Of a stretch of DNA of 64,000 bases, positions 56,233 to 64,000 are shown piece by piece. Under the pieces are notes generated by a model. That model had not been told where the DNA came from and ran no database searches. It saw nothing but the letters and a program-made list of their open reading frames with translations. The stretch is from an uncultured Candidatus Saccharibacteria bacterium (lineage in GTDB: Bacteria; Patescibacteriota; Saccharimonadia; Saccharimonadales; CAYOYH01): NCBI GenBank assembly GCA_964579475.1, contig CAZOFP010000001.1:19421-83420 (forward strand). The letters are read 5' to 3'. The translations under genes were made by a program, and so were the position numbers. Position 1 is the first letter of the stretch. Every line of letters starts with the position of its first letter.

Positions 56233-56780
56233 TATTCAGCTCCCGCGCCGGCAGTCTTACCGGCTTTTCTAATAACATACTCATCCACATACATAATACC
56301 TTTGCCTTTATAAGGTTCCGGTTTCTTAAGCTCCCGTATCTGGGCTGCACTTTGGCCAACAAGTTGTTTGTCGATGCCTGAAACGGTGATATTCAACTCT
56401 TCAACAGAAAGTTCTATGCCTTCAGGTGCTGTAAACTCAACTTCGTGTGAGAAACCTAAGGACATCTTCAACGTATTACCGCTAAGATTGACCTTGAAAC
56501 CGACACCCTCAACCTTTAGTTCTTTCTTGTAACCTTCGGTTACGCCGATAATCATGTTATTGATTAGTGAGCGGATTAGCCCATGATAGGCCTTTGTAGC
56601 CTTGTCTTCATTAGCTCTAGCAACCGTTACGATGCCGTCTTTTTCGCTAACTTTAACATTTGGGTTTGCTAGGGGTGTGCTGAGTTCACCCTTAGGGCCG
56701 ACTACTTTAACATCAGTCGCTCCGATAGTGACGGTAACTCCTTCTGGGATGGTGATTGGTGAATTTCCTATACGACTCAT
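56232..56780 (-). CDS. rplF: 50S ribosomal protein L6
   Basis: Two L6 repeats (MSRIG..PI.IP). Confidence 0.95.
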   Translation of the reverse strand: MSRIGNSPITIPEGVTVTIGATDVKVVGPKGELSTPLANPNVKVSEKDGIVTVARANEDKATKAYHGLIRSLINNMIIGVTEGYKKELKVEGVGFKVNLSGNTLKMSLGFSHEVEFTAPEGIELSVEELNITVSGIDKQLVGQSAAQIRELKKPEPYKGKGIMYVDEYVIRKAGKTAGAGAE

Positions 56781-56781
56781 A

Positions 56782-57180
56782 CTAATAAACCTTACAGATT
56801 AACTCTCCGCCGACACGCTTTTTCTTTGCTGTGTCGCCAGTCATTAACCCTTGTGATGTTGAAACAATAACCACACCTCGACCATTCATAATTTTCGGGA
56901 TGTCCTCTGACTTTGCGTACATTCGGCGTCCAGGCTTAGAAACTCGTTCAATTTTACTAATCCGAGCATTCGTACCAGGAGCATTAATCGTAAGAACTAG
57001 TCGCTTGAAGTCCACGCTGTCATCAGTCTTTACCTCGTCGATGAAACCAGCTGACTTAATCTCTTTAGCTAGTCGTTCTTTCATAGAAGAATAGGGCAAA
57101 TTAACCTCGTTTTTACCCACCATAATAGCGTTGCGTATTCTTGATAACATATCTGCAATTGGATCTGTTGAAACCATCAT
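56782..57180 (-). CDS. rpsH: 30S ribosomal protein S8
   Basis: DPIADMLSRIRNA N-terminus. Start taken at the MM pair. Confidence 0.9.
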   Translation of the reverse strand: MMVSTDPIADMLSRIRNAIMVGKNEVNLPYSSMKERLAKEIKSAGFIDEVKTDDSVDFKRLVLTINAPGTNARISKIERVSKPGRRMYAKSEDIPKIMNGRGVVIVSTSQGLMTGDTAKKKRVGGELICKVY

Positions 57181-57185
57181 ATCTC

Positions 57186-57455
57186 CTACCAACTCGCTTT
57201 CGTTACGCCAGGAATCTCGCCCTTAGAGGCGTGCTCACGGAATGAGATTCTACTCAGACCAAATTTACGTATGTACCCACGTGAGCGACCAGTCTCGTTG
57301 CATCTGTTGTTCCAACGAGTTGGACTGGAATTGCGAGGTAATCGAGCTAGACCTTCCCAGTCACCTGCAGCTTTAAGCTCGGCTCTCCTAGCGGCATACT
57401 TCTTAATCATTCTCTTTCGTTTCTCGTCTCGCTCGACGATTGCTTTTCTTGCCAT
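57186..57455 (-). CDS. rpsN: 30S ribosomal protein S14, long cysteine-free form
   Basis: [14 protein letters not shown]...[11 protein letters not shown]; no CxxC pairs. Start taken at MARKA. Confidence 0.85.
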   Translation of the reverse strand: MARKAIVERDEKRKRMIKKYAARRAELKAAGDWEGLARLPRNSSPTRWNNRCNETGRSRGYIRKFGLSRISFREHASKGEIPGVTKASW

Positions 57456-57456
57456 G

Positions 57457-58026
57457 TTACTTCCTTTCCTTTTCAAACGGCATTCCCATGCTTGCAAGAA
57501 GCGCATACGCGTGGTCTCTATTATTCGTTGTGGTCACTATAGTCACTTGCAGCCCATGTAAGGTTGCAACGTCGTTATAATCTAGCTCAGGAAATACAGA
57601 TTGTTCGACAAACCCAATACTGTAATTGCCGCTTTTATCAAAAGCCTTTGGCGATACACCATGGAAATCTCTAACTCTCGGTATTACGATATTTATCATT
57701 CGATCTAGAAATTCGTACATTTTTGCACCGCGCAGGGTTACTTTCATGCCGATTCTCTGTCCCTCGCGAAGTTTAAAGTTGGCAATCGATTTCTTGGCAA
57801 CAGTGAAAACAGGTTTTTGACCAGTAATTTTAGTCAGCGTGCCCTCGGCTATCTCGAATGCTCGTTTGTCTTCTTTACTGCGTCCAAGACCAACGTTGAC
57901 GATAACTTTTTCAATACCAGGAACCTGATGGATGTTATCAAGTTTCAGCTCTTTTTTTAGCTCACTTCGAAGCTTCGAGTCGTACTCTTGCTTCAGTTTT
58001 GGCTTGTTAGCAGTTGCAGTAGCCAT
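57457..58026 (-). CDS. rplE: 50S ribosomal protein L5
   Basis: Typical L5; canonical position. Confidence 0.95.
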   Translation of the reverse strand: MATATANKPKLKQEYDSKLRSELKKELKLDNIHQVPGIEKVIVNVGLGRSKEDKRAFEIAEGTLTKITGQKPVFTVAKKSIANFKLREGQRIGMKVTLRGAKMYEFLDRMINIVIPRVRDFHGVSPKAFDKSGNYSIGFVEQSVFPELDYNDVATLHGLQVTIVTTTNNRDHAYALLASMGMPFEKERK

Positions 58027-58157
58027 TACTTCATCTCCTTACCTTCGGCATGAGACAAACCTACGGTTTTTCTCATCGCGCTTTCTGAACTAAATTCAAA
58101 TTCACTTTGTGAAACAGCGCTGCTCTTTTCCCTTGGGATTATATTGAGCGAAAACAT
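58026..58157 (-). CDS. Conserved 43-aa microprotein ORF inserted between rplX and rplE (paralog of 62049..62180)
   Basis: Not in the ORF track. Encodes MFSLNIIPREKSSAVSQSEFEFSSESAMRKTVGLSHAEGKEMK. AAGGAG SD 8 nt upstream. Start overlaps the rplX stop as TAATG and stop overlaps the rplE start as TAATG. The canonical rplX-rplE junction is normally tight. Confidence 0.5.
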   Translation of the reverse strand: MFSLNIIPREKSSAVSQSEFEFSSESAMRKTVGLSHAEGKEMK

Positions 58158-58480
58158 TACTTTATCTCCTTGTTGGAATCTTGTCGCATTACTCGAACTT
58201 TCTTATCTTTTTTAGTCTCGTAGCCCACTCGGCTGGCTTTCTTCTTGTCAGACCCACGCACCACGCCGACCTTCGAATACTTTATCGGCTGTGAATCTTT
58301 GATAACTCCACCTTGTGGGTAGGCGGCAGATGGCTTCTGATGGATAGTTCGTACATTCAAACCCTCGATCAGTACTGTCATATTCTTGGGGTCAGTCGAA
58401 GTAACTTTACCAGTTTTACCCTTCTCGCTACCACTTCTGATCATTACGGTGTCACCTTTTTTAATCTTCATTCCACTCAT
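58157..58480 (-). CDS. rplX: 50S ribosomal protein L24
   Basis: KOW motif (IKKGDTVMIRSGSEKGKTGKV). Confidence 0.95.
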   Translation of the reverse strand: MSGMKIKKGDTVMIRSGSEKGKTGKVTSTDPKNMTVLIEGLNVRTIHQKPSAAYPQGGVIKDSQPIKYSKVGVVRGSDKKKASRVGYETKKDKKVRVMRQDSNKEIK

Positions 58481-58482
58481 AA

Positions 58483-58851
58483 CTATAGTACCTCCGGAGC
58501 TAAGCTAACAATCTTCATGTAACCCTTTTCACGGAGTTCTCTGGGCACAGGGCCAAAGATTCGAGTTCCACGCGGAAGTTTAGCCTCATCAATAATTACT
58601 GCAGCGTTGTCGTCAAACTTAATAGTCGAGCCGTCTTTTCGCTGGATTGTATCGCGAGTTCTAACAACTACCGCCTGGACAACTTGTTTCTTCTTAACCG
58701 TTCCATTAGGTGTTGCAGCTTTAACTGTCGCAGTGATGATGTCACCGACACGAGCGTAGCGTCTACCGCTACCACCAAGAACACGGATACAAAGTATCTC
58801 TCTTGCACCGCTATTGTCTGTAACTCGTAATCGACTTTCTTGCTGTATCAT
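58483..58851 (-). CDS. rplN: 50S ribosomal protein L14
   Basis: [17 protein letters not shown], typical L14. Confidence 0.95.
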   Translation of the reverse strand: MIQQESRLRVTDNSGAREILCIRVLGGSGRRYARVGDIITATVKAATPNGTVKKKQVVQAVVVRTRDTIQRKDGSTIKFDDNAAVIIDEAKLPRGTRIFGPVPRELREKGYMKIVSLAPEVL

Positions 58852-58854
58852 CCT

Positions 58855-59100
58855 CTATCCTTGCGCCTTCTTGACCACCTTAGTTAGCACCCAAGTCTTG
58901 TTCTTACTTATCGGCTTTGTTTCCTCGATCTCTACAACATCGCCAACGTGAGCTTCATTCTTTTCATCATGAGCATGGAACTTACGACTAGTTTTGTATC
59001 GTTTCTTATATATTGGGTGCATTTTGGAACCAGAAACCAGGACGACGATTGTCTTGTCCTGAGCGTCTGACGTTACTGTTGCTACAATTGTTTTCTTCAT
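58855..59100 (-). CDS. rpsQ: 30S ribosomal protein S17
   Basis: OB-fold S17 sequence. Confidence 0.9.
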   Translation of the reverse strand: MKKTIVATVTSDAQDKTIVVLVSGSKMHPIYKKRYKTSRKFHAHDEKNEAHVGDVVEIEETKPISKNKTWVLTKVVKKAQG

Positions 59101-59318
59101 GATTTCTCTTCCTTCATCTCGTTAGTCTCTTTGGTCCCACTCTCTCGCATTAGCGTTTCTACTCGTGCTATGTCTTTACGAACTTTGCGTATTTGTGAGT
59201 TTTCTTTCACGTCGTTCACCAGCAAATCTTTACGCAGTCCAGCTAGCTTATTTCGTAGCTTCTGGGATTCTTTAGCCAAATCTGCACTGTTTTTCTTTCG
59301 CATCACATCGAGCTTCAT
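59097..59318 (-). CDS. rpmC: 50S ribosomal protein L29
   Basis: Coiled small protein with the L29 pattern; canonical position. Confidence 0.85.
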   Translation of the reverse strand: MKLDVMRKKNSADLAKESQKLRNKLAGLRKDLLVNDVKENSQIRKVRKDIARVETLMRESGTKETNEMKEEKS

Positions 59319-59321
59319 GGC

Positions 59322-59732
59322 TTAGGCACCCCTCTTCACGAACTTAGTTCGCACAGGCAACTTATGAGCAGCCAACCTTAGGGCTTCACGTGCCTGCCCT
59401 TCAGTAACGTCATCCATCTCAAACAGAATTGTTCCTGGTTTTACTTTGGCTACAAAGAATTCAGGGTTGCCCTTACCAGAACCCATCTTTACATCTTGAG
59501 GTTTTCTAGTAACAGGAGTATGTGGGAAGATACGAATCCAGATACGGCCACCACGTTTTATGTAACGGGTCATCGCCTGCCTAGATGCCTCTATCTGACG
59601 GGAAGTAATTCTCTCGGCGTCCATAGACTTCAAACCATAGTTCCCAAAGGTAAGCGTAGCGCCGCGAGTTGCGACACCTTTGTTCTTGCCTTTGCGTACT
59701 TTTCGGTACTTGGTTTTATTTGGCATCAACAT
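59322..59732 (-). CDS. rplP: 50S ribosomal protein L16
   Basis: [11 protein letters not shown]..., typical L16. Confidence 0.95.
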   Translation of the reverse strand: MLMPNKTKYRKVRKGKNKGVATRGATLTFGNYGLKSMDAERITSRQIEASRQAMTRYIKRGGRIWIRIFPHTPVTRKPQDVKMGSGKGNPEFFVAKVKPGTILFEMDDVTEGQAREALRLAAHKLPVRTKFVKRGA

Positions 59733-59733
59733 A

Positions 59734-60363
59734 CTAAAGCGCCTCTCCCTTGTGTATCCAAACCTTCACGCCGATAGTACCAGCGCCCGTCTTGGCCGTT
59801 GCTAGCGCGTAGTCAATATCAGCTCGCAGGGTATGCAGTGGGACCGAACCTTGAATCTCTTTTTCACGACGGCTCATATCGGAACCATTAAGCCGTCCAG
59901 CAACTTCGACGCGGACGCCTTTAGCACCAGCACGCATAGTTGCAGCGGCGGTTGATTTTACGGCTCGGCGGAAATTAATTCGTCTCTCCAGCTGGTAGGC
60001 GATGTTTTCAGCCACAATCTTAGCTGAAAGTTCGGCTTTCTTTACTTCCTCGATGTTGAGTCGAACTGTACCTGGGATAATTTTCGAAACTTCATTTTTA
60101 AGTTCGGTTACTCCTGCACCCCCACGACCAATAACCACACCCGCTTTACCGGTGTGAATCGTGATATTTACGAGGTTTGGTGAACGCTCAATGTCCACCT
60201 TGCTAATTGACGCTCGCCCCTGGTATTTGTTCTGAATAAGTCGGCGCACTTCAAGATCTTGTGTCAAAAACTCGGTGTAGTCCTTTTTGGATGCGAACCA
60301 CTTAGAACGCCAGTCTTTGTTGACTGCTAGTCTCATGCTAATTGGATTAACTTTCTGACCCAT
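59734..60363 (-). CDS. rpsC: 30S ribosomal protein S3
   Basis: KH domain and S3 C-domain. Confidence 0.95.
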   Translation of the reverse strand: MGQKVNPISMRLAVNKDWRSKWFASKKDYTEFLTQDLEVRRLIQNKYQGRASISKVDIERSPNLVNITIHTGKAGVVIGRGGAGVTELKNEVSKIIPGTVRLNIEEVKKAELSAKIVAENIAYQLERRINFRRAVKSTAAATMRAGAKGVRVEVAGRLNGSDMSRREKEIQGSVPLHTLRADIDYALATAKTGAGTIGVKVWIHKGEAL

Positions 60364-60929
60364 TATCTGTCGCCCCTTCTTCCTGTTCGTTGTTTAGTAA
60401 TCGGTACATCTTTCTTCTTGCCTATGTTTCTTATGAAGCCGCGTTTCTTCTGTGCTTGCTCATCTTGCATGGTATCGGTTGTCTTTTCTGACTTGTCGGG
60501 CGCTTTTTTGGTAGTTTTTGGCTTCTCATCAGTTTTCTTAGCAACTGCAGGTTTTTTAGCATCAGACTTTTTAGCAGATGATTTCTTTTTGGGCTTTTCT
60601 TTGCCCTCTACTACAACTCGAATATTTGTCGAGCGCTTTAGGTAGGGCTGAGCACGCCCATGAGCCGCTGGTCGGTACCGCTTCAGTGAAGTAGCTTGCC
60701 CGATGTCCAGTTCGACTATCTGCAGGTCTTTGCCGTCCATATTATGATTGTTCATCGCATTTGCCTTAGCACTTTCGATAGTTTTTCTCAGAGGTTCGGC
60801 TGCTCGTTTCGGTGTGTGCGCCAAAATCACTATGGCATCCGCAACACTTCGTCCGCGCACTAAAGACGCCACTAAACCAATCTTTCGTGGTGTTTGACGT
60901 ACTGCTCTTGAGGTTGCGGTTACTTGCAT
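60363..60929 (-). CDS. rplV: 50S ribosomal protein L22 with ~75-aa K-rich C-terminal extension
   Basis: L22 core in the N-terminal 110 aa; long lysine-rich tail. Confidence 0.9.
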   Translation of the reverse strand: MQVTATSRAVRQTPRKIGLVASLVRGRSVADAIVILAHTPKRAAEPLRKTIESAKANAMNNHNMDGKDLQIVELDIGQATSLKRYRPAAHGRAQPYLKRSTNIRVVVEGKEKPKKKSSAKKSDAKKPAVAKKTDEKPKTTKKAPDKSEKTTDTMQDEQAQKKRGFIRNIGKKKDVPITKQRTGRRGDR

Positions 60930-60932
60930 GAC

Positions 60933-61211
60933 TTAGAACCCTGTTCCTTTAGCTAACTTACCGCCGTGCGCTCTGAACTTCCTCGTTGGTGAAAACTCAC
61001 CAAGCTTGTGGCCTACCATGTTCTCAGAAATAAACACTGGTACGTGAACTTTACCGTTATGAACGGCGATAGTCTTACCAACCATATCTGGTGAAATAGT
61101 ACTGTGGCGTGCCCAAGTCTTGATGACCGTTCGATCGTCACTCGAAAGAGCGTTAATCTTGTCAGCAAGTTTAGGGTCTATAAATGGTCCTTTTTTTAGA
61201 CTTCTGCTCAT
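60933..61211 (-). CDS. rpsS: 30S ribosomal protein S19
   Basis: [12 protein letters not shown]..., typical S19. Confidence 0.95.
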   Translation of the reverse strand: MSRSLKKGPFIDPKLADKINALSSDDRTVIKTWARHSTISPDMVGKTIAVHNGKVHVPVFISENMVGHKLGEFSPTRKFRAHGGKLAKGTGF

Positions 61212-61212
61212 A

Positions 61213-62049
61213 CTATCTCCTCTTAGCCTCTTGGCGCTTCTTTACAATATATTTGTCAGTATCTTTACGTCGACGCGTCTTGTAGCCAAGTGTAGGCACT
61301 CCCCAAGGAGTTTTCGGTGTTCGTCCGACACCATGCGCACCGCCATCACCACCACCGTGTGGGTGATCCGCTGCATTCATAGCTTTGCCGCGAACACTTG
61401 GTCTAAAGCCTTGTTTACGTCGTCTACCAGCCTTACCAATCTTCACGTTCTGGTGCTGTTCGTTACCGACGACACCGACAGTTGCCTGACATTTCAGGTT
61501 GACCATTCGAACTTCGCCGCTTGGCAACCTTATCTGTGCGTAACCGTTGTCTTTAGCCATCAGTTGTGCCGATGCGCCTGCGCTTCGCACCATTTGTCCG
61601 CCTTTACCGACGTTTAGCTCTATATTATAAATCGAGCTGCCCTCAGGGATGAGTTCTAGGGTTAGTCGGTTGCCTTGCTCAATAGGACTTTTGTGTCCGC
61701 TTTCAATCTTTTGGCCGACTTTCATACCATTTCCAGCGATAACGTAGTGTAGTGTGCCGTCTTGGTCCTTAATTCGTGCAATCCTGGCAGAGCGGTTTGG
61801 GTCATACTCGATAGCCTCAATTGTTGCAATCGTTCCAGGTGCAAGACCAAAATCAACCACACGGTAGAACTTCTTGGCACCAGTACCGCGGTGACGAACG
61901 GTAATTCGACCACGGTTGTTTCTTCCAGCTTTCGATTTGTTGACACGTAGCAGGGAACGCACAGGTTTTTTCGCAGTAATCATCGAATTATCCTGCGAAG
62001 TCATTCCACGGCGTCCAGGTGTAGTTGGCTTGTAAGCTTTAACAGCCAT
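61213..62049 (-). CDS. rplB: 50S ribosomal protein L2
   Basis: Typical L2 ([20 protein letters not shown]). Confidence 0.95.
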   Translation of the reverse strand: MAVKAYKPTTPGRRGMTSQDNSMITAKKPVRSLLRVNKSKAGRNNRGRITVRHRGTGAKKFYRVVDFGLAPGTIATIEAIEYDPNRSARIARIKDQDGTLHYVIAGNGMKVGQKIESGHKSPIEQGNRLTLELIPEGSSIYNIELNVGKGGQMVRSAGASAQLMAKDNGYAQIRLPSGEVRMVNLKCQATVGVVGNEQHQNVKIGKAGRRRKQGFRPSVRGKAMNAADHPHGGGDGGAHGVGRTPKTPWGVPTLGYKTRRRKDTDKYIVKKRQEAKRR

Positions 62050-62180
62050 TACTTATTCACCTTTCCAGGAGTATGAGACAAACCTACGGTTTTTCTCATC
62101 GCACCTTCTGCAGTAAATCCAGATTCACTTCGTGAACCGGTGCTGCTCTTTTCCCTCAGTAAGGAGTTGGAATATACCAT
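62049..62180 (-). CDS. Conserved 43-aa microprotein ORF inserted between rplW and rplB (paralog of 58026..58157)
   Basis: Not in the ORF track. Encodes MVYSNSLLREKSSTGSRSESGFTAEGAMRKTVGLSHTPGKVNK. TAATG overlap with the rplW stop and with the rplB start. 22/43 residues identical to the other copy, including REKSS and AMRKTVGLSH. Confidence 0.5.
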   Translation of the reverse strand: MVYSNSLLREKSSTGSRSESGFTAEGAMRKTVGLSHTPGKVNK

Positions 62181-62482
62181 TACTTGCTCTCCTCAAAGAC
62201 GGGAATGTTATCACCCTCTTTAATCGTTACATAGGCCCGCTTAGTATCTTTTCTGAAGCCATCAATCGGCGCCACGCGTTTTTGCACAGAGCTCTTTTTC
62301 TTGCCCTTGTTCACAGAAATTCGTACGCCAGTCACTGTCACGTCGAACTGTTCTTCAACAGCTTCTCTCACAGTCATCTTGGTAGCCGTCATCGGCACCA
62401 CGAAGACATAGGTATTGTTCTCAGACAGCAGGAAGCTCTTTTCGCTAATCTTCGGAATCAGTGGCATGTGGGTTGCGTCCAT
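62180..62482 (-). CDS. rplW: 50S ribosomal protein L23
   Basis: L23 core (KISEKS...VF.V...A.K..V..AVE..F.V.V..V). Start chosen at the ATG forming TAATG with the rplD stop. Confidence 0.9.
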   Translation of the reverse strand: MDATHMPLIPKISEKSFLLSENNTYVFVVPMTATKMTVREAVEEQFDVTVTGVRISVNKGKKKSSVQKRVAPIDGFRKDTKRAYVTIKEGDNIPVFEESK

Positions 62483-63120
62483 TATTTCGCACCTCCGAGC
62501 CATTCTTTGATGATTTCAAGTGATTTTTTGGACACAATGACTGAATCTGCGTTCATAATGTCGTAGACGTTCAAATATGACGCCTGGGTAACTTTGAGCT
62601 TTTGTATATTCCTCGTTGCACGATCAATATTCTCAGTCTTTTCCTCAACTACGATAAGGATTCTTCTGGTTGCGCCAATCTTGTCTAGAAGCTTGGCTGT
62701 TTCACTTGTCTTGCCATCTTTCACGTCAAAGCCTTCGATAACACTTAGTTTTCCAGCTTCAGCCGACAGAGTTAGCGCCTGACGCAAGGCCTTTTTGCTG
62801 GCTTTCTTTGAAAGCTTCTTCGAATAGTTTTCTTCGCCAGTTGGGCCGAAAGTTATTCCGCCGCCGCGCCATATAGGGCTACGAATAGAACCATGCCTTG
62901 CACGACCTGTGCCCTTTTGCTTCCAAGGCTTTCGTCCGCCGCCGCGTACATTACCCCTAGTAATAGTCTTTGCGTTGTTCGAGCGACCATTAGCTAGGTA
63001 CAGCTCGTAGGCTTGTTTTAGAAGCACGTGACTGTCTACCTTCTCTGAAAAAACTTCCTTAGGTAGGGTAGCTGCAGTTGCGCTTTTGCTGCCAGTTTTG
63101 GAGTAAGTCGCTACAGACAT
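62482..63120 (-). CDS. rplD: 50S ribosomal protein L4
   Basis: Typical L4; canonical position. Confidence 0.95.
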   Translation of the reverse strand: MSVATYSKTGSKSATAATLPKEVFSEKVDSHVLLKQAYELYLANGRSNNAKTITRGNVRGGGRKPWKQKGTGRARHGSIRSPIWRGGGITFGPTGEENYSKKLSKKASKKALRQALTLSAEAGKLSVIEGFDVKDGKTSETAKLLDKIGATRRILIVVEEKTENIDRATRNIQKLKVTQASYLNVYDIMNADSVIVSKKSLEIIKEWLGGAK

Positions 63121-63725
63121 TATTTCGTCCCTCTCACTGTCACATAAGACTTACGTGGGCCGGGGATAGCACCCTTAATACCCAGAATATTGTTCTCTTC
63201 GTCGACAAGTGCGATAGAAAGGCCGCTGGTAGTCACTTGCTCTGCGCCCATCTGTGAGGCCATTTTCTTACCTCTGAAGACTTTTTGAGGGTACATCGAG
63301 CCGATTGAACCAAGTCGTCTAACGACGCCGTTACCACCATGACTCGAAGCACTTGTTTTGAAATTGTATTTCTTCACAACTCCTGCAAAACCTTTACCTT
63401 TGCTCACACCGGTAACTTTAACCTTGTCGCCTTCAACAAACTCAGAAACATTAAAAGAGTCGCCAACGGCGACTTCTTCATCGGTTCTAAATTCTCGGAT
63501 AATCTTTGGGGTAACTTTTGCGTTCTTCAGATGATTTACTTGTGGTTTGTTCGTGTGCTTTGCCTTACCGTAGCCCATTTGTACTGCCTTGTAGCCGTCT
63601 TTTTCGTCGGTCTTTACCTGAGTAACGGTCACGGGGCCAGCCTGTATCAGCGTAACATTAACAACCTCTCCGTCTTCGCGGATGATACTGGTCATTCCTA
63701 GTTTTTTACCGATAGTGGCTTTCAC
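63120..63725 (-). CDS. rplC: 50S ribosomal protein L3
   Basis: Typical L3 (GMTSIIREDGEV, GKGFAGVVKKYNF). No rpsJ within the ~275 bp remaining upstream. Confidence 0.95.
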   Translation of the reverse strand: MKATIGKKLGMTSIIREDGEVVNVTLIQAGPVTVTQVKTDEKDGYKAVQMGYGKAKHTNKPQVNHLKNAKVTPKIIREFRTDEEVAVGDSFNVSEFVEGDKVKVTGVSKGKGFAGVVKKYNFKTSASSHGGNGVVRRLGSIGSMYPQKVFRGKKMASQMGAEQVTTSGLSIALVDEENNILGIKGAIPGPRKSYVTVRGTK

Positions 63726-63930
63726 TGATTTCGTCTCTCTTTAAGCGTTAAAAAAATTGGTTCCTGCTGGTTCCCACTAGTCGGGCCTTTGCATTTACCA
63801 ATTCCAAAACGACGTTTTGAAAACTACCGAGCGATTTTAACAAATAAATATATAGAGGTCAACCCCGAGTTACAATCTAGACGGCAGAAGCTAGAATCTA
63901 ATAAATCCAAACCAAAGAAATAGAGAATAC

Positions 63931-63955
63931 GTTTCCAGGGGAATCCCCTGGAAAC
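63931..63955. other. Perfect palindromic hairpin GTTTCCAGGGG-aat-CCCCTGGAAAC upstream of the r-protein operon
   Basis: 11-bp perfect stem with 3-nt loop. Could terminate a minus-strand gene lying beyond the window end, or act as an operator. Confidence 0.35.
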
Positions 63956-64000
63956 TCCCTTGATAACGTTTAGGGCATATCGAAGATCACATTAATCTGC

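Noticed and set aside
1-64000. CRISPR arrays or rRNA genes
   Set aside because: No regularly spaced short direct repeats and no rRNA-like conserved blocks were seen anywhere in the window.

Overview
This is a low-GC bacterial chromosome segment with tightly packed, often overlapping genes and many TAATG stop/start junctions. Gene content (no L30, adk or map in the spc region; lysine-rich tails on several r-proteins) suggests a reduced-genome Patescibacteria/CPR-like organism, e.g. Saccharibacteria-like; that placement is inference only. The main blocks are as follows. (a) 1-10.3 kb: membrane proteins and a lipid/glycolipid cluster comprising a CarS-like DUF46 protein, a histidine phosphatase, a CDP-alcohol phosphatidyltransferase, an alpha/beta hydrolase and two GT4 glycosyltransferases. 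(b) 10.3-18 kb: housekeeping genes on the minus strand (cysS, nrnA, recR, ybaB, a GT39-like membrane glycosyltransferase, dnaB, dnaX). (c) 18.9-28.3 kb: rplL-rplJ, a GC-rich 1.2-kb islet, a deoxynucleotide cluster (a Tmk fused to a tandem-duplicated ThyX, a dCTP-deaminase-like gene and a phage-T4-type dNMP kinase), then rplA-rplK-nusG-secE. (d) 28.4-36.9 kb: a GT2 gene, an orphan histidine kinase, DUF45, a zeta-like P-loop kinase and a hypothetical gene, then a two-gene ABC-ATPase + Toprim-like (DUF4276) defence-type module flanked by ~190-bp direct repeats that begin with the 3' end of an adjacent tRNA-Trp, plus a pseudo-tRNA fragment. (e) 37-42 kb: an alpha-glucan cluster (glycogen-synthase-like GT, GH57, GH15), rpmG and a PspC-domain gene. 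(f) 42.5-43.1 kb: tRNA-Thr(GGT), tRNA-Thr(TGT) and tRNA-Tyr, with duplicated 3'-end fragments next to the latter two. (g) 43-48.8 kb: a methyltransferase, a TPR protein, holB-like, an RluA-family gene, trpS and a NUDIX gene. (h) 49.1-63.7 kb: one long minus-strand ribosomal-protein/rpoA/secY operon from rplC to rpsI ending at a clean intrinsic terminator. The most striking observation is in (h): two paralogous 43-codon ORFs, not in the supplied ORF track, lie between rplX/rplE and between rplW/rplB, each coupled by TAATG on both sides and sharing a 30-nt identical hairpin-forming block. No rRNA or CRISPR array was seen.
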